Of a stretch of 64,000 bases of DNA, positions 34,501 through 46,680 are shown piece after piece; the first letter of the stretch is position 1, and each line of letters opens with the position of its first letter. Below the pieces are notes generated by a model. That model was not told the DNA's origin, made no database searches, and saw nothing but the letters and a program-made list of their open reading frames with translations. The position numbers and the translations under genes were made by a program. This DNA is from Minutocellus sp. GHC0000111 (taxonomy: Eukaryota). The stretch is from contig OZ361256.1 of the NCBI GenBank assembly GCA_977018835.1, positions 1,302,001 through 1,366,000 on the forward strand. The letters run 5' to 3'.

Positions 34501-36445
34501 CAAATTCGCCCATGACGAGATATTTACCGCATTGTATTCCCTCGTCGCATGCGTGGAATCCATGCATTTGGACATAGCAAGAGACTTGCTGGCGAACACG
34601 CCATCTCCTGCGGAGCTTAGAGATATTTCTTTCGTGGTAGTTGACCAATTCAGCAGGGGTATATCTCTCGTTACGGACCACACCGAGTCCATCCGCATCG
34701 CCGAAGTTTGCCTTGCGGCCGGCCAAAAGGCACTGTCTCAGTCAGCCTTTAGCCCAGCCTCTATATATTTATTGCAGGGTTGCGCTCTCCTTACAGATCG
34801 CGACTGGGAGGGAGAGCACTACAAGTTATGTCTTAATTTGTACCAGAAATGCATCGAGGCACAGTACGTGGTTGGCAATCACGAAGGTGTGTCGTCATTG
34901 ATCACTCCAGTACTAATGAATGGGCGAACCATCATGGACAAGATCCCATCTATCTTTACTTACATCCAATCACTCGGCGGGCAAGGGCAGTACGAATTGG
35001 CAATTGACACTAGCCTCGGCATCCTTTCACAGCTCGGCGCAGAAGTGCCCAAACACCCTCAGCAAAGTGACCTCATCCAAGGATATCTCAAAACGCAACT
35101 GATGCTACAGGGCACCGCTGTGAAACACTGGTTCTCTTCCATTGGATCTTCGGATTGGATGCATCTCAACAACACCATGTCGAAAGCGGTCGCCGAAGCG
35201 CCAGCCATGGACAATCCGGTGAAAGAGGCAACTGCCCATCTATTGCTCCTGATTGGTCGATTTGCTTTACTTACTAGTCGAGAGAAACTAGCTCCACTGA
35301 CATGTTTTCTGTCTGTTCAAATAGCCCTCAGCCATGGACCTTGCCGCGACTCCGCCTTTTCATTTGCAAGTTTTGGAGCAATAAATTGAATTCGCGGTGA
35401 TTACGTTTCAGGTGAAAGGTTCGGCCATCTGGCCCTTCTTATTCGCGAACGCTTCGGGGAGGATGCAGACATACCTGCCGTATTTGCGATGGCTTACTCT
35501 TCTATCTTCAGCAATACTCAGCCTCTACAATCGGTCATACCGCCGCTGCAGCGCGGATATCAAGCAGGACGAATGACAGGACACATAGAGATGGGATTCA
35601 CCTGCGCTCGCCTCGTTGCGTTGCGACACCTCAATTGTGGTACGCGGCTTGACATCGCAGCACGAGAAGTCGAGACGTATGTCCGAGAGATGCGTGCAAG
35701 TGGCCACTACACGCTGTATCTCACAATGCCTTGCCTTCAAGCAATGTTGAACTTGATGGATGAAGACTGTTCCGACCCCTCCACATTGAATGGAAAGATA
35801 ATGGCAGAGGAAGACTTTATCCTAACGCTGGGATCGCTGCAGACCGGTTCCGTTGCCAATTTTACATTGGCGTTTCACTTTCTTCGAATGCAATTGGCGT
35901 ATCTTTTCTTTGACTTTGTCAAGGCCGGAACCATTGCAATAGAGCTTGTTGAACTTACCAAGGAACGCCAGTTGCGAGCACATTCCGCTGCCGACGAAAC
36001 ACTGTACATGGGGTTAGTTGCCGTGCTCATGGCAGCTACTGCAGTTCCCCTATCTCCAGGCGGTGCAGGCGGTGATGCCGAAGAATCTAGCGCCTCATCG
36101 ATCGATTGGAAAGCAATCGTTGACAAAAGCTTGGACGATCTATCCCAGCGAAATAAACACAGTACTTGGAATTTTGAATCGAAGGTCTGTCTGCTGTCTG
36201 CAGAAATTTCCTTCTACCTGAAGAAAGACAATTCCAAGGCTGGACATCTTTACGACGAGGCGATCAAGGCAGCAGAAGAACACAAATTTATGAACGAATG
36301 TGCTCTGGCAAGCGAACGAGCTTCCTACTTCTATCTGCAAACCGGGGACCCTGCAACCGCCCAAAAGTATTTGGACAGGGCTGCAAAATTCTACCGAAAA
36401 TGGGGTGCCTCAAGAAAGGTCGCCGCCATTACATGTACTACGTAG
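31599..36445 (+). CDS. STAND/AAA_16-type P-loop NTPase with TPR-like tail and N-terminal diatom Cys/His domain (intron 34242-34354; in-frame TGA 35387-35389)
   Basis: VGLRCRHC..SVSYP..RFHF..C domain; LYGRD, GKPGSGKT, LLFDDLQW, GGNPLF, YKFAHD, YDEAI..A, KWGASRKV; ORFs at 34244 and 35489 are in the same frame. Confidence 0.8.
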
Positions 36446-37594
36446 TAGCTAAACACACCTCTGAGGACCCCCGTGTTACGTAGTAGATCTAGGGATTCCA
36501 TTCATTCCTATCGAAACAATTGCTCCTTATTCATACTTACTCTACATATTTGTTGTTTAGAAAATGCTTTGTTTTGTAGCGTAGATTTATCCGGGTGTGA
36601 GAATTACATGTATGAGTTACATGACATAGAGTGAGTAGGTACAGCCGGATACAGTCGATAGATGGATTTCTGTCTCTTGCGAGCCAGTCGGCTTGAATGT
36701 GGTGTAGGTTTGTGGGAATTGTAGATGTGTTAATTGCCTCGGCCCGCCGTGCCTCTCACCTCTCAGCCGACCTCCCCTTTGCAATAGCAGTGGATTTCGC
36801 CAAGGTCCAACACACACCCAGTGCTCCCTCATCACCACCAACGACGACGCCGTCATCACAGAGCCGTTTACTGCCGATGGCATAGAAGTAGCCGTCAACG
36901 AATTGTCTCCCCGTTCGACTCAGAGTATCGAGCGCGCTACCGCCATGTCCCCCATGATCAACGCTCTTACTAATGCTACAGTAGCATCTGTAACAGCAAC
37001 GGTCAAGGACGACACAGAAGTGACCGCACCGAGAAGAACTGCCAGGAGTCAATCAGCCAGACTTACCCTGGCAGCTGCTTTCGAAGGCTTCGTACCGGCC
37101 AATAATCCCAACGCTTGGAGAGACCGTGACCTCGAGTAGATCTACACGTACTGACCCTCACCTCACCCTCACTCAATCTTATCCTGCAATGTTTACAATT
37201 GTGTTTTTGTTTTATGTTATCAACATTCGTTCTTACTTTCGGCTACCTATCCAAATTAATTGAATTTGGTTCTAACTTTTCATTACGATAGATAGATTTA
37301 AGCTAGCGGGACGACCACCACCACGTAGATACTAGGACCTAGTCTAGTACCGGTAGTACATGTACCACCAATGGTATCCATCTCTCCTGGATTTGCGAGC
37401 CAGTTGCGAGTCGAGTCAGTCGAGTCGGCCATTTCGAATTTCTTTGTTTCCGTTGGATTTGCCGGGGCAGCAAATCGAGAGGTGGCCGGCAGAGAGCCCC
37501 AACAATAAGTTCAAGTGAATAAAATTGCCCGAACCTTTTGAACGAGCTCGGCCGGCCTTCCCTCCCTGCCTGCGCCAGCCTATCCAGAGATCAA

Positions 37595-40312
37595 ATGAGT
37601 TACTTCCAGCCACAACCACAACCACAACCACAACCACAGCCCCAGCGGCAGCAGCAGCAGCCTCGGATGGCGGCCCCGCGCCCGAGGCGTCCAGCCGTGG
37701 CCGACGGTATTACTAATAGTATGAGTAGCTTTGCCGGCCAGCAGCAGCCGCCGCCGCCGCCGCCGCCAAGCCGCGGGGGGACCTACGCAGCGGCAGTCCC
37801 TCCTGGTAGACCTGCCACCGCTGCTGCTGTGTCGTATGGGCCGACTCCCATGACGGGCCGGGTCATCGTCGACCGGACGTCGTTCGATTCGGAGGACCGC
37901 ATTACCACCAACCATCTCGCGCCGCATTCCAGCGACAGCACCGGCGGGCCGAGCCTCGCCAGCTTCCGTGGTGGTGCTCCTACTGGTGGCGGTAGCCGAG
38001 GCGACCCCTCTGCCGTGCCCAGTGGGCTGCCCGTGTCTGCGGCGCAACCATCGGCCACGGCCGTCGCCAACATCTCGACGGCGGCGGCACCGCCCAAGAA
38101 GCTGCGCCGGCGCAAGATGAACTGGAAGCCGCGGCTGCCATCGTCGTCGTCTTCGTCGCCGTCGGACAACAACAACAACAACAATGCCAGCAGCGGCACC
38201 AAGTCGTCCACGTCGGGCGGCAAGGTGACGTTCCAGCGGGCGACGGACGACTCCACCGTCGATGCGGACGATATGTCGTATCTGGGACTTGGTGGTGGAG
38301 AACATCGACGGGCTTCGTCGACGGCGATGATGAACAAGGGTGGGGGAGGAAAAGGAGGAGGACAGGCCTCCGTAGCCAGTACCAATGCCACGCCCAAGTT
38401 GTCCAATGGGAACGGCAACGGCAACGGCAATCATGGAAGGCTCTTGTCCGGCTTCGGCAGGTCCCGGGGAGCGAACAACAACAACGCGGTCGCGTCGGGA
38501 GACGACAACAGCACCCTGGCGACGTTGGAGACTCCAGTTCACAGGACTGGCGGCGGCAGCAGTGCCCAGTTCAGTCCATACGGCGAGAGGAGGAGAGGAG
38601 GAAATAACAATGCCGCGGATACAACTCCCACCAAGCTACCAACGTCCGGCCAACAGGGGGCTTCGTCCCCGGCAACGCCAGGCGCTCGGAGTACGTCCTC
38701 CACGGCCCCGCTCGAGGAAAGCTTCAACAGCAGCCTGGATCACAGCGGCTACAGCACCCCCGGTCGCAGTGGTATCGGTGGCGCTGGTAGCGGCGGCGAA
38801 AAGCATCCCCTCCTACCTCGAGCGCCACCGATGACGATAATGGGCACCGCCGGCACTACGCCCCCCCCGGCACAGTAGAATCAGCCCCTCAAGCAGTCAG
38901 CGAATGAGGGAGCTTTCCTCCATGGTGGAAAATACTTCCAGTTTGAGCGGTACTGGCGCGGGGGGCTCGGCGAACGTCGCCACCACTGGTAGTTTGAATA
39001 GGGCTGATAACAGCACTAGCAGCATCGGTGCCGGCGCCGGCGCCGGCGGTGGCAGTGACACTCTACTGCGCCTCGATGACACCGATGGCCCGGGTCTGGT
39101 CGGCGATGGAAGTAGTAGCATGATGATGTCCATGTCCCCCATCAGTCGCGAGCTGGCCATGCTCCAGGCACAAAGCGAGGGCAACATCCTCACACCGTCG
39201 CGGCAGCAGCAGGGTCAAGGCGGAAGTGGCAAAGCTGTGTCCAAGACAAAAAGTGCGCCCTCGCCGGCCACTTCTAGATCCCGCTTCGCTTCGGCAGCAG
39301 GTCCAGTCGACGTCGACAGCGCCCAATTTACCGACGCAGAGCGGCACCTACGAGCGATTCATGAGATGGGGGCTGAGCATCTGATACACGGCGAATTCGA
39401 TGAAGCGGTCGAGGTATTCACAGAGATCCTAAGGGGTCAGATGGAACGCCACGGACCGGACCACCCCCGCGTTGGCACCGCCTTGCACAATCTTGGCATC
39501 TGCCATTTGAAGAATGGAGACTATGCCAGCGCCATTCGAGTTTGCCGCGATGCTGTGGAGGTCCGAAAGGCTGCTCTTGGAGGTAGACATCTGGATGTGG
39601 CCGTATCACTTGCTCAACTGGGCATCGCTCACCTTGAATGCGGCCAGCATCGAAAGGCTCTGATCGCCTTCCGGGAGGCACTGCAGATCCGCAGAACTCT
39701 GTTGGGGCCGAAACATCCAAAGGTAGCGCGCCTTCTGAACAACACTGGCTGTGCCCTCTTCGAGCTGAACGAAATGAGAGGCGCCATGCTGGCTTTCGAA
39801 GAAACGCTGGACATTCAGCGATCCATGATGAAGCTACCGGACGCCGCCTTTGGCGACGAAGGCAGCGGGGGCCGTCCAGCTCTGCCGCTGAACAACTTTT
39901 GCTCAGCACAGCGGCAACGTTGTGCAATATCGGTTCCATTCGCCTTCGATTGGGCGATGCTGATGGAGCGCTTGTTGCCCTCGAAGAGGCACTCCTTGTC
40001 CAGCAGTCGGTGCTCGGTGACGATCACCACATCGTGCTGGCCACAAGCGATAGCATTGATTTCATTGAGTCCAAAAGAAGTGGAAGTCTACCCGCTTCTG
40101 GCGACCTGTCGATTGCCGATGGCAGCCTTTCTCGCGGTCCGAGTTGCGCGCGTCCCGCCTTGTTATCTCGTTTGATCAACGCCAACGTCATTCAATCAAT
40201 TGGCAAGGGCGGCAAGAATCTCTTTCAAAGAATGGAAGAGCTCACTCTTGAGCAGATGGCTTGTGGCGGTGGAATTGATCGAAGCGACGCTCAAACACAG
40301 TTCAGCATCTAG
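37595..40312 (+). CDS. Kinesin-light-chain/nephrocystin-like TPR protein with long disordered N-terminus; two homopolymer frameshifts (about 38865 and 39870)
   Basis: HPRVGTALHNLG, HLDVAVSLAQLG, HPKVARLLNNTG, TLCNIG...VLGDDH repeats; shifts fall in C8 and G5 runs. Confidence 0.8.
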
Positions 40313-40508
40313 ACCAGCTAGTTACAAAGCTAATTACGTACCTAGGTAGCTGGTGAGCTAGACTAAAACTATTCTAGAAGTAGGTAGCTGCACGCTGGCT
40401 GCATGAAGAACTACGTAGCTCGTGGATTTATTTTTATTTTCTGTTCAAACTAGAATTTTTATATTGCATCTGTCAAAGTAGTCTCTAGATTCTTTGCTGA
40501 ATCGGACC

Positions 40509-43391
40509 TCATCGACCCGTTTTCGCCACCATGAGCTCGGCCTTGGCCTTGTAGAATGCGACAATATCATTGTCAACGTCCTTATTGCCCGTGAGCTTCA
40601 CCCCAGCAGGCAACTGAAAGTGTTCGATAAGATCGGAAGCACCACCAGTAAAACTAAGACCACCATTCAACCCATCATCGGTGGTGCCTCTTGACTGCCC
40701 AGAGGTCGATCGTTTGATCATACCGTGGGTAGTACCAGTGGCTGGAGAGCGAGATGACAAAGAGCCGCAGGCAGCTCCCATCGCTTCATCTACTGCGCTA
40801 CTGCTTGTCTCAGTCATCGAACAAGATTTTTCAGAAATACTGTTAGGAATCATACTTGAAGCATCAGCAGCAGCAACAGGAGGAGGAGGAGGAGGAACGT
40901 CGGCGGTAGTACAATTTCGACTACTCCTTTGACCTTCACCACCGATGTCATCAGATGCACCTTCGTCACAAACATTGGAGAACCAGATGTCAAAATCTCT
41001 CTGAAGAGCCAATCTATTCTTTTCGACAAGCTTTTGCGAATAACCAATCTGACTCTTGAGCTCCTTGAGGCGGCTGATGGCATTTCGATATACGACCTTC
41101 TCCTTCTGGATGGCACTTCTATGCTCTTCTTCGTCGGGATGAGGTTCCATAATGCGGTCTTGGTCAAATCTTTCTCCTGAAGTAAGCCCATCCATCGCTC
41201 GTGATCGTCGTAGCGATTCTATCGATCGGCTATGCTCGTTGATGATAGCCTTACTTTGCTGGACAATCTGTCCAACATCCTTGGCCTCCTGGTACTTGGA
41301 TTTCAATTTGGCCTTGGTTTCATTCAAACTCACAGACCCCGGATATCGTTGCCGAAAGAAATGAAAGGCTGCCGATGGGTCCTCGACGATCGCACGATCG
41401 ATGCGACTTTCAACCCCACAGAAAGAGACTATAAATTTGGACCGCTGTTGTATTGCTCGTGCTGCTTGCGATCCATCCTCCACGATGGTACATGTAGAGG
41501 CATCTATAGTGCATAAAGCAGATGAACGAGAGGAATTGCCACCGTCCGCAGATACAACTTCTTGCTCGTTGGTCGTCGCGGATTCATCTCGCTGGTCACT
41601 ACTGGTGCGGAACAAATGGGCCACCCGCTGAAAAGAAGCCGTCGGCGGCAATCCATTCTTTTTCTTGACCATGTCAACGAGTATGGCAATCTCGTGGTCT
41701 CGTCGTTGCAATGTGCGTTCGAGCTCAGACAACTTCAGGCTCGCATCGACGGCAGTAGATGCACTGCCACCAGCACCAATACCAGTAGAAGTACCGCCGG
41801 AAAAGCCACCAGATCTCTCCGCCAACAACATGCGTTTTAAGATGGTGTGGGCATATTGCATCCTCGTCAATGTGACGGTACCAACGTCGAGGACCGACCG
41901 CTCATTCCGATCCTCAACATACTCCTTAACCCTCTGCTCCAGATCTGACCTCTGATCTCTATCCAAACCAAAGCCATCGTCATTACCATCACCATCGCCA
42001 TATCCACCCTCTTCCTCGACATTTTCACCCTTGAGATATTTGACTTCCTCCCGCAACCGTCCCACCTCGGCTCGTAGACGTCGGATTATTATTGCCGGGT
42101 CCAGTTCCTCATTGATTTCGGCCGTATTCCTCACCAGGGCCACTCTCTGAGCAAATTGGCACGTCGAGATGGACTCCGAGACCTGCGCCGCCTCCGGAGA
42201 CATTGTGGCAATCATTACAGTCTTGCAGCTGCCTCCAAGTGATTCTCTCAGAACGGATGTCATCATGCTGTTTCGATAGGGAATGTGCGTCGTCGTACCG
42301 CCTCGTCCACTGGCCTTCTCATGGAGTGCTACAATGACCATCTCCAAGAAGAACAGACTCGAGTTGATATACTTGGCCTCCGCCAGGGTTTGGCCCGTCG
42401 AACTGGTCTTGTGTACTCGTTCTGATCCACTGAGATCAACCAAGTTCAATTTGGATTTGATGAGAGTTCCTACTTCGGCGGCTCCATCCCCAGGACGGCA
42501 TTCGATCATAATGGTGAAGATGCAGTGACTACGCGATGACGACTGATTCATCTCGGTCTCAAAGATGGCACGGTTGGTATCCCCCAGAAAGAGCAAGTTG
42601 AGGGCTTCCTCCTCGCTGGTAGCTGGATGGATGCTCAAATTGCCAAAGTGACAGTTGCCATCCTCGTCTTCCAGCATGGTCACTTTGGGTACTTCGTGTA
42701 ACGATGTGGATGCTTTTTGCGCCAACAGATCGTATCCGCTTTCATTGTACAGCTCCAAGTACGATATGTAGCAGTTGTAGCTTGCCCCGGCAGTCTCACT
42801 CCTTCTGGCAAATTCCTCAAAGAGCATTGTGATGGCCCTTAAAATGACGCCCCTATTATCATAATGATCTGGTCCCCCAGTCATCGTATGTGTCTTGCCA
42901 CTACCGGTCTGGCCGTAGGCGAACACGGTGGAGTTGTATCCCTCAAGAGCATTCAAAATGGCCGGAATACCAACGTCCTTGAACACCGTGGCCTGACTCG
43001 TCGATGGTTCCAATATCGAATTGAACTTGAATGCATACCGCGTTCTGGTATTGTCGACGTATCCGCCCTTGGATGTGGTGGCGGCGATGTTGGCGGCGGA
43101 TGATGATGCCGCCGCTGTCGTTGCTGCCGCCCTATGATCGGCTGGGACCGTGAAGATGAGGGTGCTTCGATCGAGGTCGTCGATTTCGTGGTAGGTTGAC
43201 GGATTCGGCGAGGGGCGGATACGGAGATGGACCTCGATCGTTGACGACGATGACGACGACGACGACGATGGCGTTGACGACGAAGACGGTGAATCTGCAT
43301 GCTCGCCTTCATCTTCCATCAACTTTTCGGCGTGCCCATCGGTGCCACCGCCGCCGCCACCACTGCTACTATCGGCAGTACCTGAATCCAT
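40509..43391 (-). CDS. KIF6: Kinesin-9 family motor (KIF6-like)
   Basis: AYGQTGSGKT, SSRSH, LVDLSGSER, EAKYINSSLFFLEMVIVAL, HIPYRNSMMTSVLR; C-terminal TGNKDVDNDIVAFYKAK. Confidence 0.88.
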   Translation of the reverse strand: MDSGTADSSSGGGGGGTDGHAEKLMEDEGEHADSPSSSSTPSSSSSSSSSTIEVHLRIRPSPNPSTYHEIDDLDRSTLIFTVPADHRAAATTAAASSSAANIAATTSKGGYVDNTRTRYAFKFNSILEPSTSQATVFKDVGIPAILNALEGYNSTVFAYGQTGSGKTHTMTGGPDHYDNRGVILRAITMLFEEFARRSETAGASYNCYISYLELYNESGYDLLAQKASTSLHEVPKVTMLEDEDGNCHFGNLSIHPATSEEEALNLLFLGDTNRAIFETEMNQSSSRSHCIFTIMIECRPGDGAAEVGTLIKSKLNLVDLSGSERVHKTSSTGQTLAEAKYINSSLFFLEMVIVALHEKASGRGGTTTHIPYRNSMMTSVLRESLGGSCKTVMIATMSPEAAQVSESISTCQFAQRVALVRNTAEINEELDPAIIIRRLRAEVGRLREEVKYLKGENVEEEGGYGDGDGNDDGFGLDRDQRSDLEQRVKEYVEDRNERSVLDVGTVTLTRMQYAHTILKRMLLAERSGGFSGGTSTGIGAGGSASTAVDASLKLSELERTLQRRDHEIAILVDMVKKKNGLPPTASFQRVAHLFRTSSDQRDESATTNEQEVVSADGGNSSRSSALCTIDASTCTIVEDGSQAARAIQQRSKFIVSFCGVESRIDRAIVEDPSAAFHFFRQRYPGSVSLNETKAKLKSKYQEAKDVGQIVQQSKAIINEHSRSIESLRRSRAMDGLTSGERFDQDRIMEPHPDEEEHRSAIQKEKVVYRNAISRLKELKSQIGYSQKLVEKNRLALQRDFDIWFSNVCDEGASDDIGGEGQRSSRNCTTADVPPPPPPVAAADASSMIPNSISEKSCSMTETSSSAVDEAMGAACGSLSSRSPATGTTHGMIKRSTSGQSRGTTDDGLNGGLSFTGGASDLIEHFQLPAGVKLTGNKDVDNDIVAFYKAKAELMVAKTGR

Positions 43392-43726
43392 TTCTACTGA
43401 AAGGGAGGGAGGCGTAGGCGTACTTAGCACAGGCCGCCCCACCACTAGCTACTACGTAGTGACCACCACTGACCGTACGTAGTGACCACCACTGACCCGG
43501 CTTGGTAACTGCTGATTTCCAAAGTCGCTGACTACTTTGAAAAAATCATCTCAGTTTTGGGGGTTGCCCCCCCCCCCCCTCCTTGAGAAAGCCCGCCTCG
43601 CTTTTCAGCCGCGAGCCGGCCGCCCCCGCCACCAAGAGCAGCAAAGTGGGACACAACCCAACGGTCGCTCGATGATACCGGCACCAGCTTGCCTCATTAT
43701 CAGCACAATTAGCCCTGCTAGGGACC

Positions 43727-44812
43727 ATGCGTGCCTCCCCTCTGATCGCTCGAAAGCGTGGATTGCCGTTGTCGGTCAGCACGTTGACTCGCAGCAGCAG
43801 CACGAAGCCTACCTACAATGGCTGGAGCCTGCGCTCGTCTCAATCGCTGCTGGTTATTATACTGCTGCAGCAATCTATGGTGCCGGTTGCTTCTTCTGCA
43901 ACTGCCAATACAATCAGTAATTTCAGTAGCGTCAGTTCCTACAGCGGCCAGTGCTTTCCAGAGGACACCGCAGAAGGCCCTGCCTTTGCATGCGCGGACA
44001 ATCCCACCTACTACAGCCACAAAGGATTGCCCTGCTCGTTCCATGCGGAGCTCATTTCTGCCTCCGATGGTGAGAATTGCTTTCATCAGGGGCTTGCCGG
44101 AATCGAAACGGGGGCAACGGGGGCAACGTGGCTGGCCCAAACTTATGACCAGAACCAGATCTTTGAATTGATTTGGGAGTGTCCGTGCGCTTGCAACGTG
44201 AAATGCTTTGACAGCGATGATGATGACGACGGCAAAGAGCCGACGGCTAGCCCCACACGTATGCCAACGATGCAAGACAAGGAACTTAATGATCCCGACG
44301 TACCAGTAGATGTAAATGCAAATGATCAGAACCAACAAACTGCCGACAGTAGAAGTGAGGAAGAAGATGCGGATGAGATAGCGCCAAGTATCGTGGCTCC
44401 TACTTTTGCTGTCGATACTGCGTCAGCAGCAGCAGATATGCTGCAGGGAACTGATGCACCAATCAGCACTGCTACAGGCGATGAATCTGGTTTTCACCTT
44501 TCCAACAGCCTCGAATTCGTGGCAATGATTGCTGGTACCGTCGTTGGACTTGTTGTGATGTACGTGTCTGTCTTTTCCCTCATCCAAAACATGCGGAAGA
44601 GAAAGAGGCTCGGGTCTGGTGGAGAAATAGACTACCACAGAAATGATAGGAATGACCTTCAGCTTGCATCCAGTTTGAGCGACATATCGGAGAGCGTTGC
44701 GTCTGTCGAGTCTTTGAACACGGAAGATAAAATGCGGCTATACAAAGCATGGAGATTGGCCACTAAAAGACGAGGAGGTATCGAGGATGGATTTGACGTT
44801 GTCGAGCCGTAG
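43727..44812 (+). CDS. Type I membrane protein with ShK-like Cys-rich domain
   Basis: Hydrophobic leader; CADNPTY..GLPCSFH...CPCACNVKC; TM FVAMIAGTVVGLVVMYVSVFSLI followed by RKRKR. Confidence 0.7.
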   Translation: MRASPLIARKRGLPLSVSTLTRSSSTKPTYNGWSLRSSQSLLVIILLQQSMVPVASSATANTISNFSSVSSYSGQCFPEDTAEGPAFACADNPTYYSHKGLPCSFHAELISASDGENCFHQGLAGIETGATGATWLAQTYDQNQIFELIWECPCACNVKCFDSDDDDDGKEPTASPTRMPTMQDKELNDPDVPVDVNANDQNQQTADSRSEEEDADEIAPSIVAPTFAVDTASAAADMLQGTDAPISTATGDESGFHLSNSLEFVAMIAGTVVGLVVMYVSVFSLIQNMRKRKRLGSGGEIDYHRNDRNDLQLASSLSDISESVASVESLNTEDKMRLYKAWRLATKRRGGIEDGFDVVEP

Positions 44813-44879
44813 AGAAATGTGTTTCATCAACGGTAGATTCTACATGCGCAACGTACATGTACCGGTACACGTAATGATA

Positions 44880-45834
44880 CTAATCAAAGTGTACCATACA
44901 GGCATGGGGGGTGAGTGATCCTATAGCATACTGGTACATGTAGATACTGCCATGTATTCCAACCATACAAAGTCCCAGCAATGCGAGTACGAGTAGACAT
45001 GTACCAGTGGCGAGGAGGAGCTGGTTGGTTGCCCGTTGCGTCGATGGTCGAGGGCTTGGAGATTCAGTCGGCGATCGAGTTGACGGTGCTCTAGAGGGAT
45101 ACTTTGTGGGGCTTGGCGAGGGCCTTCCGGTTGGCTGACTAGTCGTTGGAAAATTCGTCGGGACGAATGTAGGCCAGGGTGTAATCGGAGACGCTGTTGG
45201 AGCTGTCGATACCGGTGACGCGCTTGGGGTTGACGTGGGAGAAGGAGTAGGTGGGATGGCAGTTGGCGATTTTGTCGGTGATTTTGATACCGGTGACGCA
45301 CTTGGGGTTGACGTGGGAGAAGGCGTCGACACCGACGATGGTGAAGGATGAGGAACTGTAGCTGATGTCCTGCCATCCAATCGACTGAAAATTATTTTCT
45401 CCCGCAAGGAGACGTAGTCAAAACAACTGTGCTGGCAGGTGCAGGGACAATTCAACGTCAAATCAAGGATTTCCTTCTCCGAGTACTTGTAGGACTGTAT
45501 GCAAATCGCAACTGAAAGTGTGGTGGAATCCTTTGTGATTGGACACAGCTGGTTGATATCCGAATCCCCAAAACCATTGAGCCACTTGTCCAAGCAGCTT
45601 GAGTTATTGGTCTCTTCTCCTGGTGGCGAGCGCATCCAATTAGCGTGTGCCTCGCAGCCAAGACCTGCGGCTGTAGTATAAGTGGGATCGTCGCTGCATG
45701 ATCCATCGTAGCAGGTATTGAGTCGCTGTGGATTTGTCCCTGGTGGTCTGATGCCGAATCTTTGGGTTGTTTCTGCCTGGATAGTTTCTGCTTCAAAACG
45801 CTGCAGCAAATGGTGTTCCTCGCCATTTTCCTGT

Positions 45835-45866
<32 letters not shown>

Positions 45867-46112
45867 TCCAGGTTGAGGTGACGTGCTAAATTGCTGGTGG
45901 GTAAGGGTCGCTTGCAGCTCATTGCGGCGCAGTAGATGTCTCTCATTCTGTCGCTGGTCTGGCTGCCCATTCTGCCGCCTTCGAGCTTCCATGTTATCAT
46001 ACATATGCATTCCCGTCGACGAAAAGAAAGACGAGGCACAATACAGAGAGTGAGCAAAACCAAATGAAAGCAAAGCAAAGTGGAGGGTCTGGTGTCTAGA
46101 AATTCCAAGCAA
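44880..46112 (-). CDS. Cys-rich domain / P-T-S stalk / TM protein, left copy in the palindrome
   Basis: Identical to the 46403 ORF up to SPRPST, then a unique [24 protein letters not shown]; no in-frame ATG before the hydrophobic leader. Confidence 0.55.
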
Positions 46113-46648
46113 AGTAGTAGAGATGGGTCGTCAAAACCACGGGATTCATTGTAGCGATGCCACTATGGACGAAAACGGTGTACGATTCGTAGCAGAGAGG
46201 TGCGGCTGGCTCGCCTGACCTGCTCTCGATCTCGATGCGTACATGTACGTAGGTACATGTACGTACGTACATACACGCATCGAGATCGAGAGCAGGTCAG
46301 GCGAGCCAGCCGCACCTCTCTGCTACGAATCGTACACCGTTTTCGTCCATAGTGGCATCGCTACAATGAATCCCGTGGTTTTGACGACCCATCTCTACTA
46401 CTTTGCTTGGAATTTCTAGACACCAGACCCTCCACTTTGCTTTGCTTTCATTTGGTTTTGCTCACTCTCTGTATTGTGCCTCGTCTTTCTTTTCGTCGAC
46501 GGGAATGCATATGTATGATAACATGGAAGCTCGAAGGCGGCAGAATGGGCAGCCAGACCAGCGACAGAATGAGAGACATCTACTGCGCCGCAATGAGCTG
46601 CAAGCGACCCTTACCCACCAGCAATTTAGCACGTCACCTCAACCTGGA

Positions 46649-46680
<32 letters not shown>

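Noticed and set aside
35370..35411. 42-nt intron removing the in-frame TGA
   Set aside because: Poor donor (GTTTTG), much shorter than other introns here, and it would delete family-like residues.
36600..37140. Possible small gene or TE relic
   Set aside because: Only short ORFs with no recognisable motif.
37595..43391. Kinesin heavy/light chain pair
   Set aside because: KLC-like TPRs are common and kinesin-9 is not known to use light chains; adjacency is probably chance.
43453..43497. 22-bp direct repeat (tacgtagtgaccaccactgacc x2) as CRISPR-like
   Set aside because: Two adjacent copies, no spacers, eukaryotic context; simple tandem duplication.
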